Assembly: GCA_964449065.1 (NCBI GenBank)
Contig: CAYVAZ010000008.1
Location: forward strand, 1 to 37,374
DNA: 37,374 nt
Direction: 5' to 3'
Origin: an uncultured bacterium
Lineage (GTDB): Bacteria > Hinthialibacterota > Hinthialibacteria > Hinthialibacterales > Hinthialibacteraceae
The translations under genes were made by a program, and so were the position numbers. This document shows, one piece after another, positions 1-9,173 of this stretch. Positions within the stretch are counted from its first letter, which is position 1, and each line of letters starts with the position of its first letter. The notes under the pieces were generated by a model. That model had not been told where the DNA came from. It ran no database searches and was given only the letters and a program-made list of their open reading frames with translations.

Positions 1-110
1 ATCGATCCCCCCTAGCCCCCCTTAACAAGGGGGGTAGGAAGGGGGCGAAGCACGCTTCCAACTACGCGAAATCCCCCGGAGCCTATGGCTCCACCCCCTT
101 ATGCAAGGGG
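1..110. repeat. Cluster of REP-like palindromes (CCCCCCTAGCCCCCCTT..AAGGGGGG; GTAG..CTAC; AAATCCCCCGGAGCC..GGCTCCACCCCCTT..AAGGGG)
   Basis: 1-34 is nearly identical to 26241-26274; 69-110 is nearly identical to 33929-33968; each unit can fold as a hairpin. Confidence 0.8.
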
Positions 111-190
111 TTATAATACCGATGTTATTTAGGAGCGCCGGGAAAGAAAATGGGTATGAGAATTATATTTCCGGAATAGACAAAGTTGTG

Positions 191-220
191 ATTCGCGTAG
201 ATTCGCGTGCATTCGCGGTT
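191..220. repeat. Short tandem repeat ATTCGCG(T/G)NN x3
   Basis: attcgcgtag attcgcgtgc attcgcggtt, 10-nt period. Confidence 0.7.
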
Positions 221-256
221 ATAAATTGAGCAATACTATCTTATGAGGAGAGTGGT

Positions 257-1264
257 ATGGAATCACGTGTGTTTGGCAGAACCGGCTGGGAAATCAGCGA
301 AATCGGCTTTGGGGCCTGGGGGCTTAGCGGCGAATGGGGAGAGCAAACCGATCAAGAATCGATCGCGGCATTACACAAATACATTGATCTTGGCGGCAAC
401 TTTATCGACACCGCCCAAGCATACGGCGACGGGCGCAGCGAACGCATTGTCGGTCAAGTATTGAAAGACCGAAGGGAAGAAATCTTTGTCGCCACCAAAC
501 TGCCCCCTAAAAATGGACATTGGGCGCCCCCATCCTGGACCCCGCTCGAAAAAATCTTCCCGCTGGATTACGTGGAAAGCGAAGTGGAAACCAGCCTTAA
601 AAACTTAGGCGTCGACTGCATCGATGTCTATCAACTTCACACCTGGAACGAAACCTGGAACACTCGCGACGACCTGTTTGAACGGCTCGAAAAACTGAAA
701 CAATCCGGCAAGGTCAAATATGTGGGGATCTCCACCACCGAAGGCTACCCCGAATGCGTTATTCCCGCACTGAAAACCGGTATCATCGATTCCCTGCAAC
801 TGATCTTCAATCTGTTCGAGCAGCATCCCCGTGAGACCTTATTGCCGTTGTGCCACAAACACCACATTGGTACCATCATTCGTGTTCCCTTTGACGAAGC
901 GTCCTTAACCGGGAAATTCAAAGGAGATGAGACCTTTCCTAAAGACGATTTTCGTTCCATTTATTTTCGCGGGAACAATCTGAAACATACCGTGCAGCGG
1001 GTCGAAAAAATCCGCGCGTGGGCGGAGCGAAATGTGCCCGGTATGAGTATGGCGGAACTCGCACTGCGATGGGTGTTAAGCCACGAAGAAGTCGATGTGG
1101 TCATTCCCGGCATCCGCACACCGCTCCATGCCGAACGCAACACCGCGCCATCCGACGGCATCCGCTTAAGCGACAAGCAAATAAACGAACTAAAAGCCTT
1201 TGCCTGGCGGCGCAATCCCTGGGCGGAAGATTTACCGCCCTTAGAGCCGATAACTCAGTTGTAA
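257..1264 (+). CDS. Aldo/keto reductase
   Basis: SEIGFGAW, NFIDTAQAYGDGRSE, VATK, SLKNLGVDCIDVYQLH, ALRWVL, VIPG motifs; GAGGAG RBS upstream. Confidence 0.95.
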   Translation: MESRVFGRTGWEISEIGFGAWGLSGEWGEQTDQESIAALHKYIDLGGNFIDTAQAYGDGRSERIVGQVLKDRREEIFVATKLPPKNGHWAPPSWTPLEKIFPLDYVESEVETSLKNLGVDCIDVYQLHTWNETWNTRDDLFERLEKLKQSGKVKYVGISTTEGYPECVIPALKTGIIDSLQLIFNLFEQHPRETLLPLCHKHHIGTIIRVPFDEASLTGKFKGDETFPKDDFRSIYFRGNNLKHTVQRVEKIRAWAERNVPGMSMAELALRWVLSHEEVDVVIPGIRTPLHAERNTAPSDGIRLSDKQINELKAFAWRRNPWAEDLPPLEPITQL

Positions 1265-1274
1265 CCCTGTTACC

Positions 1275-2501
1275 ATGAAACCGAAAAGTCCACTCATTGC
1301 CTTTCTCATCCCCCTATGCGCGGCTCTGTTGATTGTCGCTTATTATTACCAAAACCGCAAAACCATGATGGCGGATCTGGCCAAATCCGGCGTCAGCGCC
1401 ATATACGATGGCGGGAATGTCAGTCTGGAAGATATCCGCCAATACTTCGTTCACCCCCCTTCCGAAGAAGGCTCGCTTTTGCGCGTGCTTGAGGTTACCC
1501 CAGAGGATTTAGCCGATCTGGATAAAGAAGAGGCTTCCCGCTTAAAAGAACCTTCCATGCAGTTGCTGCTCAGTTTGGTCATTCAACACATCGCCGCCGT
1601 AAAGTATCTCAATACGCGGGATTGGGAGTATCCGCGGGAGGTGTTAACAGAAGCGGTCAAAATCTACAAACACTCGTTGATGGCTGACCGTATGGAAGAA
1701 GAACTGCGCAAAATCGACCCCCTCATCACGCCGGAAGAGATGATGCAGTATTACATCAAAAACCGGAACGAATTTCACCGCGAAGGCAAACGGCTCACCC
1801 GCCATCTGATGCTCAACCAAGATGAAAGCGCCGCCATTCATTCCACCACCAAAGAAATATGGCAACGCATCCACAACGGGGAAGACTTCGCCGCCCTCAT
1901 CCAACACTACTCACAATCCGAAAGCAAAAACCGTAGCGGCGTCTTAGGCTGGCATCCCAAAGGGGCGTTGCATCTAGCATTTGAACAAGCGATCTGGAGC
2001 ATGGAAATCGGCGAAATCACCGGCCCATTGCAAATCAATGAAACCCTGCATTTTGTTCATTTGATGGACGCGCAAGAAAAAGGCTTAATGGGCTTTGAAG
2101 AAAGCAAACCGCATATTCAGGAAGTCTTGGACGAACAAAAACGTAAGGAACAACTATACAGTCTTTTAAACATCCCAAACGATCTTGTGGAGCAGGGCCA
2201 TGTCGAATCCACACTGGAATATCAAACCCAACTGCTGAACCGGGCTTATCAAAATAACCTTGACCGCCAGACGGATATTGTCCAACAGGTTCATGTCTAC
2301 GAAATGTACAAACGCGCCGACTTGTTGTTTAATGAGTATGTAGAAAAATACAAAAAAAACCAAAGGCATCCGGTCGAACAAGAAACCCGATGGGTCATCG
2401 AAAACCAAGCGCTCAAACAACTCTTAAATAAAATCAACTTCTCGTTTATCGTCAAATTTAATCTTCCCGAAAAAGAAACCAACACCATTCCAAACAAATA
2501 G
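1275..2501 (+). CDS. Membrane-anchored parvulin (PpiC-type) peptidyl-prolyl isomerase, PrsA/SurA-like
   Basis: N-terminal TM helix; RHLMLN..GEDFAALIQHYS..GVLGW..AFEQAIWSMEIGEITGP rotamase signature. Confidence 0.85.
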   Translation: MKPKSPLIAFLIPLCAALLIVAYYYQNRKTMMADLAKSGVSAIYDGGNVSLEDIRQYFVHPPSEEGSLLRVLEVTPEDLADLDKEEASRLKEPSMQLLLSLVIQHIAAVKYLNTRDWEYPREVLTEAVKIYKHSLMADRMEEELRKIDPLITPEEMMQYYIKNRNEFHREGKRLTRHLMLNQDESAAIHSTTKEIWQRIHNGEDFAALIQHYSQSESKNRSGVLGWHPKGALHLAFEQAIWSMEIGEITGPLQINETLHFVHLMDAQEKGLMGFEESKPHIQEVLDEQKRKEQLYSLLNIPNDLVEQGHVESTLEYQTQLLNRAYQNNLDRQTDIVQQVHVYEMYKRADLLFNEYVEKYKKNQRHPVEQETRWVIENQALKQLLNKINFSFIVKFNLPEKETNTIPNK

Positions 2502-2559
2502 TGTAATACCAAGTTGCCATAAGAATGTTGGTGAAAATCGAGTGGGCAAAGATGGTCAT

Positions 2560-2748
2560 GGTGGGCTACGCTTCGCTTTGAGCCTACCCTACAAATCAAT
2601 CAAATCGCTTTCAATTTATTCAATACCGTTCTTCCGGCTCAGCGGGAGCCTCGCCCTCCCAAAAAAAACCTAGCTCGGCGGGAGCCTTGCTTTCCCATGT
2701 CTCGCTTGCGCGAGTGGTGGGCTACGCTTCGCTTTGAGCCCACCCTAC
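2560..2748. repeat. BIME-like REP cluster: two GTAG-type REPs (2560-2592, 2716-2748) enclosing two GGGAGGGCGAGGCTCCCGC-type REPs (2636-2660, 2673-2696)
   Basis: Direct copies of ggtgggctacgcttcgctttgagccyaccctac and of gctcrgcgggagcctygc..ccc; lies between convergent genes; a related GTAG REP is at 12126-12157. Confidence 0.85.
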
Positions 2749-2857
2749 AGTTTTACCATACAGTTTTATTATCCCATATGGTTGCTTGAAAGATAACTCG
2801 CGTGATTTTGCCACCTGGTATAAGATTATGAGGCAACAAGATGTCGCTTGTGGCTTG

Positions 2858-2897
2858 TCACTCATCACTCATCACTCATCACTCGTCACTCGTCACT
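2858..2897. repeat. Heptamer tandem repeat (TCACTCR)x5+
   Basis: tcactca x3, tcactcg x2, tcact; overlaps the stop codon of the glycosyltransferase. Confidence 0.85.
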
Positions 2898-4786
2898 GCA
2901 TCTATTCGGTACATAAACACTGCGGGTGTAATATATGCATCCGGTTCTCTCGTCCGAAACACATTGAGTTTATCCATCACCTTACCCGCACCGATACCGT
3001 GCAGCAGCGAGGTGCTGACAATGTACGTTCCCGGTTCAAAACGCTCTAACTCTTTCGCGTTGGTATAAGGAACCTCATAAGCATCCAACAGCGAAGGCGG
3101 CCCGAAATACAATACATTCACCGCACCCAGTTTGTTTTGTTCAATGTAATCCTTCACATAGAGCAAATCCTGCCCCCAATCCAAATTCGAATCGACCGCG
3201 AAATAATGCCCGTTCTTCGGTCCGCCGATTAACATATTGAAATACGATAAGTAGTGCGGATGCTGTTGAACCACATATCCGGTTTGTAATCCAATACACA
3301 TAAAAAGGATAACGGCGAACAACACATCACTTCGCGTTGATCTTTCCGTACTTTTCTTCTGCCGCCTTATGTGGCGAAGACCGTTGATGCAATACCGCAA
3401 CGCCGCCCCTGCAAAGATAAGTATGACAAATGGAATCACCGGCAGGGCATGGCGGTAACCGATATTGGCGGTGTTAAAAAACACAATCACCAATAAATAC
3501 AGCAAGGGGATCAAACCCAACGCGGTCCAATCCTGCAAACGGAGGTTCACGTGCCGCGCGGCTAACAATACTGCCCCCAAGCCCAATAGAATGAGTAGCC
3601 CCACCGGTGTTTTGATCAAAAACAGCACGGGATAATAGGAACGCCAGCCGTACATCGACAGCTCACCCATGAAGTATCCTAAATGGCCGGAGGTGAGATG
3701 CGCCCGGTTGGCAAAATACCCTTCCCAATGGCTGAACGCCGGCAAATACCCGCGTAGAAACAGCCAAAGCGGCTGGTTTGGATCCACGCTGTTGATGAGG
3801 GCCGCTCCGTCATATCCCAGCATATACAAGATAGACCGCAATGGAACTTCGATTCCACTCCAAATATAACTCTGGTTGGGTCTCCGCTCTCCCGCAATCG
3901 AATCACCAATTTCAAACCCATACCCCGCCCATATCATCATTAGTCCAGTAAAAACAATCACAACAATGCTCACCAACGGGACAACTATTACGAACCATGG
4001 CTTTGTTAATTGCTTGGTAAACACAAACAAATATCGAAAGCGTTCCGGCTGCATCCACACCATCACACCGGTGCCTATCAGCAAAGCAGGCAGCAACACC
4101 ACTCCGGAATGTTTGGCATACCACGCTAATCCAAAGCCCGCCCCCATAAACAGCAGCCATTTCCAGGTTGGATTGCGAAGAAATTTCCAGAAGGAATATC
4201 CGGTCAAAACAAAACACAACACCGAAGCGGTATCCGTTGTCGTCAGCCGGCCATGTGCCATCAAATTGGGTTCAAACGCTGTAACCAACAAGACCAAAAG
4301 CGCTGTCGATCCACCCCAAACCTCTTTCGCCCATACAAAAACAACCCAACACAGCAGCACCGATAAAGCGATGCTCCCCATCCGCCCGGCCATCAGCAGT
4401 TGATGAAAGGTTTCCGGATTGGCTTCCAGCAGGCGGTCTCCCGAACCGTTCCAAATCCCCTTTCGCCAGCTCTCATTGTCATAATCCAACTGAAAGTCAT
4501 GAACCAACATCACCGGTATCGCACACGCCACATTCTGCAAGGGAGGCGCGGTACGGTTCATGCGGAAATCACCGGTCGACAGCGAATACAAGCCGGTTGC
4601 CAAATGGCTCAACTCATCCACCGTAGCGGATTTGTTTTGAATGCTGTGCCACAACACACCCGCATAGATGATATGGATTAATATTGCCAACCACCAAACC
4701 ACCAACCGGTTGGAATATTGATTGTAATGAAGGCTGCCGTTGTTCTCTCCCTTAATAAGGGGAGAAGGGGAAGGGGAAGTACTCAT
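2879..4786 (-). CDS. GT-C superfamily glycosyltransferase (ArnT/PMT, family 39-like)
   Basis: Polytopic membrane protein; TVDELSH loop motif, N..PPL, AHGRLTTTD, KHS, YRHALP, YLSYFN..GG..DSNLDWGQD; start codon uncertain. Confidence 0.85.
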   Translation of the reverse strand: MSTSPSPSPLIKGENNGSLHYNQYSNRLVVWWLAILIHIIYAGVLWHSIQNKSATVDELSHLATGLYSLSTGDFRMNRTAPPLQNVACAIPVMLVHDFQLDYDNESWRKGIWNGSGDRLLEANPETFHQLLMAGRMGSIALSVLLCWVVFVWAKEVWGGSTALLVLLVTAFEPNLMAHGRLTTTDTASVLCFVLTGYSFWKFLRNPTWKWLLFMGAGFGLAWYAKHSGVVLLPALLIGTGVMVWMQPERFRYLFVFTKQLTKPWFVIVVPLVSIVVIVFTGLMMIWAGYGFEIGDSIAGERRPNQSYIWSGIEVPLRSILYMLGYDGAALINSVDPNQPLWLFLRGYLPAFSHWEGYFANRAHLTSGHLGYFMGELSMYGWRSYYPVLFLIKTPVGLLILLGLGAVLLAARHVNLRLQDWTALGLIPLLYLLVIVFFNTANIGYRHALPVIPFVILIFAGAALRYCINGLRHIRRQKKSTERSTRSDVLFAVILFMCIGLQTGYVVQQHPHYLSYFNMLIGGPKNGHYFAVDSNLDWGQDLLYVKDYIEQNKLGAVNVLYFGPPSLLDAYEVPYTNAKELERFEPGTYIVSTSLLHGIGAGKVMDKLNVFRTREPDAYITPAVFMYRIDAVTSDE

Positions 4787-4909
4787 TGATCCACACGTTC
4801 ACATTAGCGCGTTTCAGATTTGCGTAGACGTTGTGCAATACCAATTTTCTGTCTATCCAATCTTGAATTGCTCTAGTATTATAAAAAATGGAATACTGGT
4901 TCGACGATG

Positions 4910-6763
4910 TTATATCTGCTGGCCGCCGCTCATTTGCAAATGAAAGAGTTTTTGATATAAACCGCATCGCTGAATCAATTCTTCGTGTTTGCCGGTATCC
5001 AATATCCGCCCGTGGTCCATCATTACAATTTTGTCAGCATGAAGGATGGTCGATAAGCGGTGCGCAATCACAAACACTGTGCGGCCCTGCATCAGTTTTT
5101 GGATCGAATCCTTCACATGCTGTTCCGAGCGGCTGTCTAACGCCGAGGTCGCTTCATCCAGAATCAAGACCGGGGCATCGCGCAAAAACGCCCGTGCCAA
5201 CGCCAAACGCTGCCGCTGTCCGCCCGAAAGCCCCACGCCGCGTTCTCCAATTACCGTATCATACTTTTGCGGCAATTGCACGATGAATTCCTCCGCATGG
5301 GCGGCGTATGCCGCCGCCTGAATCTGCTCATCCGTATAGCCCTCATGTCCGCAGGTGATGTTGGCGCGAATGCTGTCCGCCATCATCATGACTTCCTGCG
5401 TCACAATCGACATCTGCTTTCGTAAAGATGACAAATCGAATTCGCGCAAATCATGGCCGTCAATGCTGACCGCGCCTTCCGTTGGATCGAAAAAGCGCGG
5501 CAGCAAATTCACCACCGTCGTCTTGCCGGCTCCGCTGGGGCCGACAAACGCAACCACTTCCCCTTTATTTACATGCAAGTTGAAGTCATGCAGCACCGGT
5601 TCATTTTCATCATAGGCAAACTGTACATGATCGAATGCGATTTCCCGCTCAAACGAGCGCAAGTTCACCGGGGTCTCTGCAGCCGGCAATACCGCGTTTT
5701 GATCCAGGGCGCCGAAGATTCGTTCCGACGCCGCCAACCCGATCTGAACGTCCTGAATGCTTCTCTCAATCCGCTTGATCGGTTGAAACAGCCGCGCCAG
5801 CGTGATGACATACAGGATAAAGTTTTCCGATTCCAACTCCCCCTGCACCAGAACAAAATAGCCGCCCAAAATCATCACACAGCAGGTCGCCGCCACCCCA
5901 AACATTTCATTCACGGGAGAAGAAACCGATATCGCCTTCACCATCCGCATCGAGGCCCGAAACACCCGCATCGCTTCGTGGTGAAAGCGCTTGCTTTGGT
6001 GCTCATACATCTCGAAGCCCTGCACCAAGCGGATATTGCTGAAATGCTCTTGCACCAGCGCGTTCAGGCCAGCGGTAAAGTCTTGCGCTTCCCGCCCCGC
6101 CCGGCGGTTTTTCCGCGCCAAATATTGGATGCACCACACCAACAGCGGCAGGGTTACCGCGTACAACAGCGTCAAGCGCCAACTTAAAAACAGAAGGAAA
6201 ATGAGCGAGAAAAGTATAATGAACGGGTCCAGAATGATCTTGCCCATCATATTAAACAGGGCAATGCTCACCACCCGCATATCCACCGTGTAATACGAAA
6301 TCAGCTCGCCGACTTTGCTCCGCGCGAAAAAGCCCACATGATACCGCGTCATGGTTTCAAACAACTCATGCTGCAAATCCAGCGCAATGCGGTAGCCTAT
6401 CCAATACATCAAATACATTTGGATGTAGCGAAACACGCCCGTAACCGCTGTTACGGTTGTAAAAACAACCGATACCACCACCAAGGAAACCATTGGATCG
6501 GAGGCATCCACCCAGTTGTACAGCCAGGATAAATACGGTTCCAGGTTTTCAGGAACCTGCGGTTCCATTCCAAAAATCAATTGAATGACCGGCAGCAAAA
6601 CGGTGATGGATACCACACTGAACCCGGCCACCAAAACAATGCTGACCAGCGCCCACACCGCCCGGGTTTTGTAGGGTGAGATATATCCGGCCAAACGCAG
6701 AAAGGTCCGCGTGGCTGAATCGGGTTTAACCGCTTTGTTCCGCTTAACAGAAGACATAATCAC
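4910..6763 (-). CDS. ABC exporter, fused TMD-NBD (MsbA-like)
   Basis: TM domain plus Walker A GPSGAGKT, LSGGQ signature, ILDEATSALD, IAHRLST. Confidence 0.93.
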   Translation of the reverse strand: MIMSSVKRNKAVKPDSATRTFLRLAGYISPYKTRAVWALVSIVLVAGFSVVSITVLLPVIQLIFGMEPQVPENLEPYLSWLYNWVDASDPMVSLVVVSVVFTTVTAVTGVFRYIQMYLMYWIGYRIALDLQHELFETMTRYHVGFFARSKVGELISYYTVDMRVVSIALFNMMGKIILDPFIILFSLIFLLFLSWRLTLLYAVTLPLLVWCIQYLARKNRRAGREAQDFTAGLNALVQEHFSNIRLVQGFEMYEHQSKRFHHEAMRVFRASMRMVKAISVSSPVNEMFGVAATCCVMILGGYFVLVQGELESENFILYVITLARLFQPIKRIERSIQDVQIGLAASERIFGALDQNAVLPAAETPVNLRSFEREIAFDHVQFAYDENEPVLHDFNLHVNKGEVVAFVGPSGAGKTTVVNLLPRFFDPTEGAVSIDGHDLREFDLSSLRKQMSIVTQEVMMMADSIRANITCGHEGYTDEQIQAAAYAAHAEEFIVQLPQKYDTVIGERGVGLSGGQRQRLALARAFLRDAPVLILDEATSALDSRSEQHVKDSIQKLMQGRTVFVIAHRLSTILHADKIVMMDHGRILDTGKHEELIQRCGLYQKLFHLQMSGGQQI

Positions 6764-6879
6764 ACGAGGCAGGCATTTTCTGAATGATCAAATTATCCTA
6801 AAAAAGCCATAATCTTTATTCCCCTCCATTATTAAGGGGGGGCATAGGTGATCGAAGTAGAGCAAAAAAACACTCGACA

Positions 6880-6994
6880 CTAGAGCAATTCAGGTTTGCG
6901 CAGATAGTAAGAGATCGTCTTTGATACTCTCTACCTCTCTTATCAAGGGGGGTAACAACGGATAGCCAGCCGTCATTTATTGATTGACAAACTA
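6880..6994 (+). mobile_element. MITE-like element, copy 1 (~115 bp)
   Basis: Near-identical to 25113-25222 (ctagagcaattcaggtttgcgcagatag..gccgtcattt..gattgaca.acta); right arm shared with 26210-26320. Confidence 0.75.
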
Positions 6995-7027
6995 CCAGTT
7001 ACCTATCACTCACCACTGCCTTTTGGT

Positions 7028-8497
7028 TTACTGATGATGAAGTGTTTCCAAAAAGTCTTGATTGTTTTTGGTTTTTCTCATGCGCTCGATCAACAGTTCT
7101 ACCGCTTCGCTGGCGTTCATTTCGCTTAGCACCTTGCGCAGGAGCCATACGCGTTCCAACTCGTCCGGTTCGAGAAGCAACTCTTCCTTGCGGGTTTTCG
7201 AACGGTTGATATCGATCGCGGGGTAAATACGCCGTTCCGCCAGTTTGCGGTCCAGGTGCAGTTCCATGTTGCCCGTGCCTTTAAACTCTTCATAGATGAC
7301 ATCGTCCATCCGGCTGCCGGTGTCGATCAACGCCGTCGCCAAGATCGAAAGACTGCCGCCTTCTTCAATGTTCCGCGCCGCGCCGAAAAAGCGCTTGGGC
7401 GGTATGAGCGCGCTCGAATCCACCCCCCCGGAGAGGATCTTGCCGCTGTGCGGGGCCACTTGGTTATACGCGCGTGCTAAGCGGGTAATGCTATCCAACA
7501 TGATGACGACATTTTTCTGGCTTTCCACCAACCGCTTGGCTTTTTCAATCACCATTTCGGCCACTTGTACGTGGCGGTCCGGCGGCTCATCAAACGTCGA
7601 TGATATCACTTCCCCGTTCACCGTCCGTTTCATTTCGGTCACCTCTTCCGGCCGTTCGTCGATGAGCAGTACGATCAATTCCACATCTGGATGATTGGTG
7701 GTAATGCTGTTGGCCATCTGTTGCAGCAAAACCGTTTTTCCGGAGTTGGGCGGCGCCACAATGACCGCGCGCTGCCCCATACCGATCGGCGTAATCAAGT
7801 TGATGATGCGGCCCGAAATGTTCTTTTTATCGTCCGTCTCCAACTGCAATCTTTGCTGCGGAAACAGCGGAGTGAGGTTATCGAATAAGATTTTCCCCTT
7901 GGCTTGTTCCGGGGTGTCACCGTTGATATGCAAAACCTTCAACAGGGCAAAATAGCGCTCGCCGTCTTTCGGCGGGCGGATGATGCCGTGCACGGTATCG
8001 CCCTTTTTCAAGCCGAAGCGGCGAATCTGCGACGGCGAAACATACATATCATCCGGCCCCGGCAAATAGCAGTAATCGGCGCTGCGCAAAAACCCGAATC
8101 CTTCCGGCAAGGCTTCCAGCACACCGGTGCCTTCCAAAATTTTTTCCTCTTCGCCTTCTTTTTCTTTGGTGGTTTCTTCCAACAGGCGGTAAATCAGTTC
8201 TTGCTTGCGCAGGCCGCTGACGTTTTCCAACTTGAACTCTTCCGCCATCTTCACCAGTTCGGAAATGGTTTTCTTTTTCAGCGATTCCATCGCGACGCTG
8301 TGTTTTTCCGATTGGCTCACCGAATTGGATGGGGGGGGCGTTGCGGAAGCAGGCTTGGGATGCGGGTTGGGCGGAGGGCCTTGATTGCGTATTTGATTGC
8401 CCCGGTTGTCATCATTCCGCCCATTCCGGTTTTGCGGCTTGGCGGGTTGGCGTGTACGTTTTGCACGTGTTTTGTTTTCCATGATTGCTGCATTCAC
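7028..8497 (-). CDS. rho: Transcription termination factor Rho with N-terminal low-complexity extension
   Basis: [56 protein letters not shown]; start is GTG 8497 or ATG 8482. Confidence 0.98.
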   Translation of the reverse strand: MNAAIMENKTRAKRTRQPAKPQNRNGRNDDNRGNQIRNQGPPPNPHPKPASATPPPSNSVSQSEKHSVAMESLKKKTISELVKMAEEFKLENVSGLRKQELIYRLLEETTKEKEGEEEKILEGTGVLEALPEGFGFLRSADYCYLPGPDDMYVSPSQIRRFGLKKGDTVHGIIRPPKDGERYFALLKVLHINGDTPEQAKGKILFDNLTPLFPQQRLQLETDDKKNISGRIINLITPIGMGQRAVIVAPPNSGKTVLLQQMANSITTNHPDVELIVLLIDERPEEVTEMKRTVNGEVISSTFDEPPDRHVQVAEMVIEKAKRLVESQKNVVIMLDSITRLARAYNQVAPHSGKILSGGVDSSALIPPKRFFGAARNIEEGGSLSILATALIDTGSRMDDVIYEEFKGTGNMELHLDRKLAERRIYPAIDINRSKTRKEELLLEPDELERVWLLRKVLSEMNASEAVELLIERMRKTKNNQDFLETLHHQ

Positions 8498-8522
8498 TCC
8501 TAAAAGGTTTCCAAATTAAAAT

Positions 8523-9173
8523 TTACAAAAATAGTTGCTTGACTTTATTTTCAAGGGCTTCCATATCTTGATCGTTCAGGATCACGATATCCGCCCGGTT
8601 TTTCTTTTCGTCTTCTGCCATTTGCTGGGATTCACGCTGGGACAACTGCTCCACGGTTCCGCCTTTGTTTGCAAGATAGCGTTCATGCCGTAAGGGTTGT
8701 GGCGCGGCGGCTACAAGGATTGCATCCAACCAGGATTCGATTCCCCATTCCAATATCAATGCCGCGTCCAACACCAACGGACCGGATTCATGACACGCGC
8801 GAAATTGTTGTATACAATGGTGGATCCGCTCCAGCATAGGGGGATGTACGATTCGGTTTAATTTGTCTAATTGCTGTTGGTCCTGAAAAACAACCGCTCC
8901 CAATTTGGAGCGCTCTATTTCTCCGCAATCGTTCAGAATTCGGTTTCCGAACTCCGCGACGATTTGATTGTAGACAGGAGAAGTTTTAAGCAGCATATCG
9001 TAACCGATACGGTCACCATCAAGTATTATAGCACCATTTTGACGAAAGAGTTGCGCAATCGTTGATTTTCCCGCGCCAGGGTTCCCGGTTAATCCCAGCG
9101 CCAAATCCTGGACCGATTGCCCCGGCCGGCACAATTCCTTTAACGATACGCATTGTTTTTCAACCGTCATCAT
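8523..9173 (-). CDS. coaE: Dephospho-CoA kinase
   Basis: GLTGNPGAGKST P-loop, IERSKLGAVVF, LNRIVHP; ATG at 9173 overlaps the polA stop (ATGA). Confidence 0.93.
   Translation of the reverse strand: MMTVEKQCVSLKELCRPGQSVQDLALGLTGNPGAGKSTIAQLFRQNGAIILDGDRIGYDMLLKTSPVYNQIVAEFGNRILNDCGEIERSKLGAVVFQDQQQLDKLNRIVHPPMLERIHHCIQQFRACHESGPLVLDAALILEWGIESWLDAILVAAAPQPLRHERYLANKGGTVEQLSQRESQQMAEDEKKNRADIVILNDQDMEALENKVKQLFL

Noticed and set aside
2560..2748. Two 33-bp direct repeats resembling a mini-CRISPR
   Set aside because: Only two copies, a ~123-bp spacer made of other repeats, GTAG-REP structure and no cas genes
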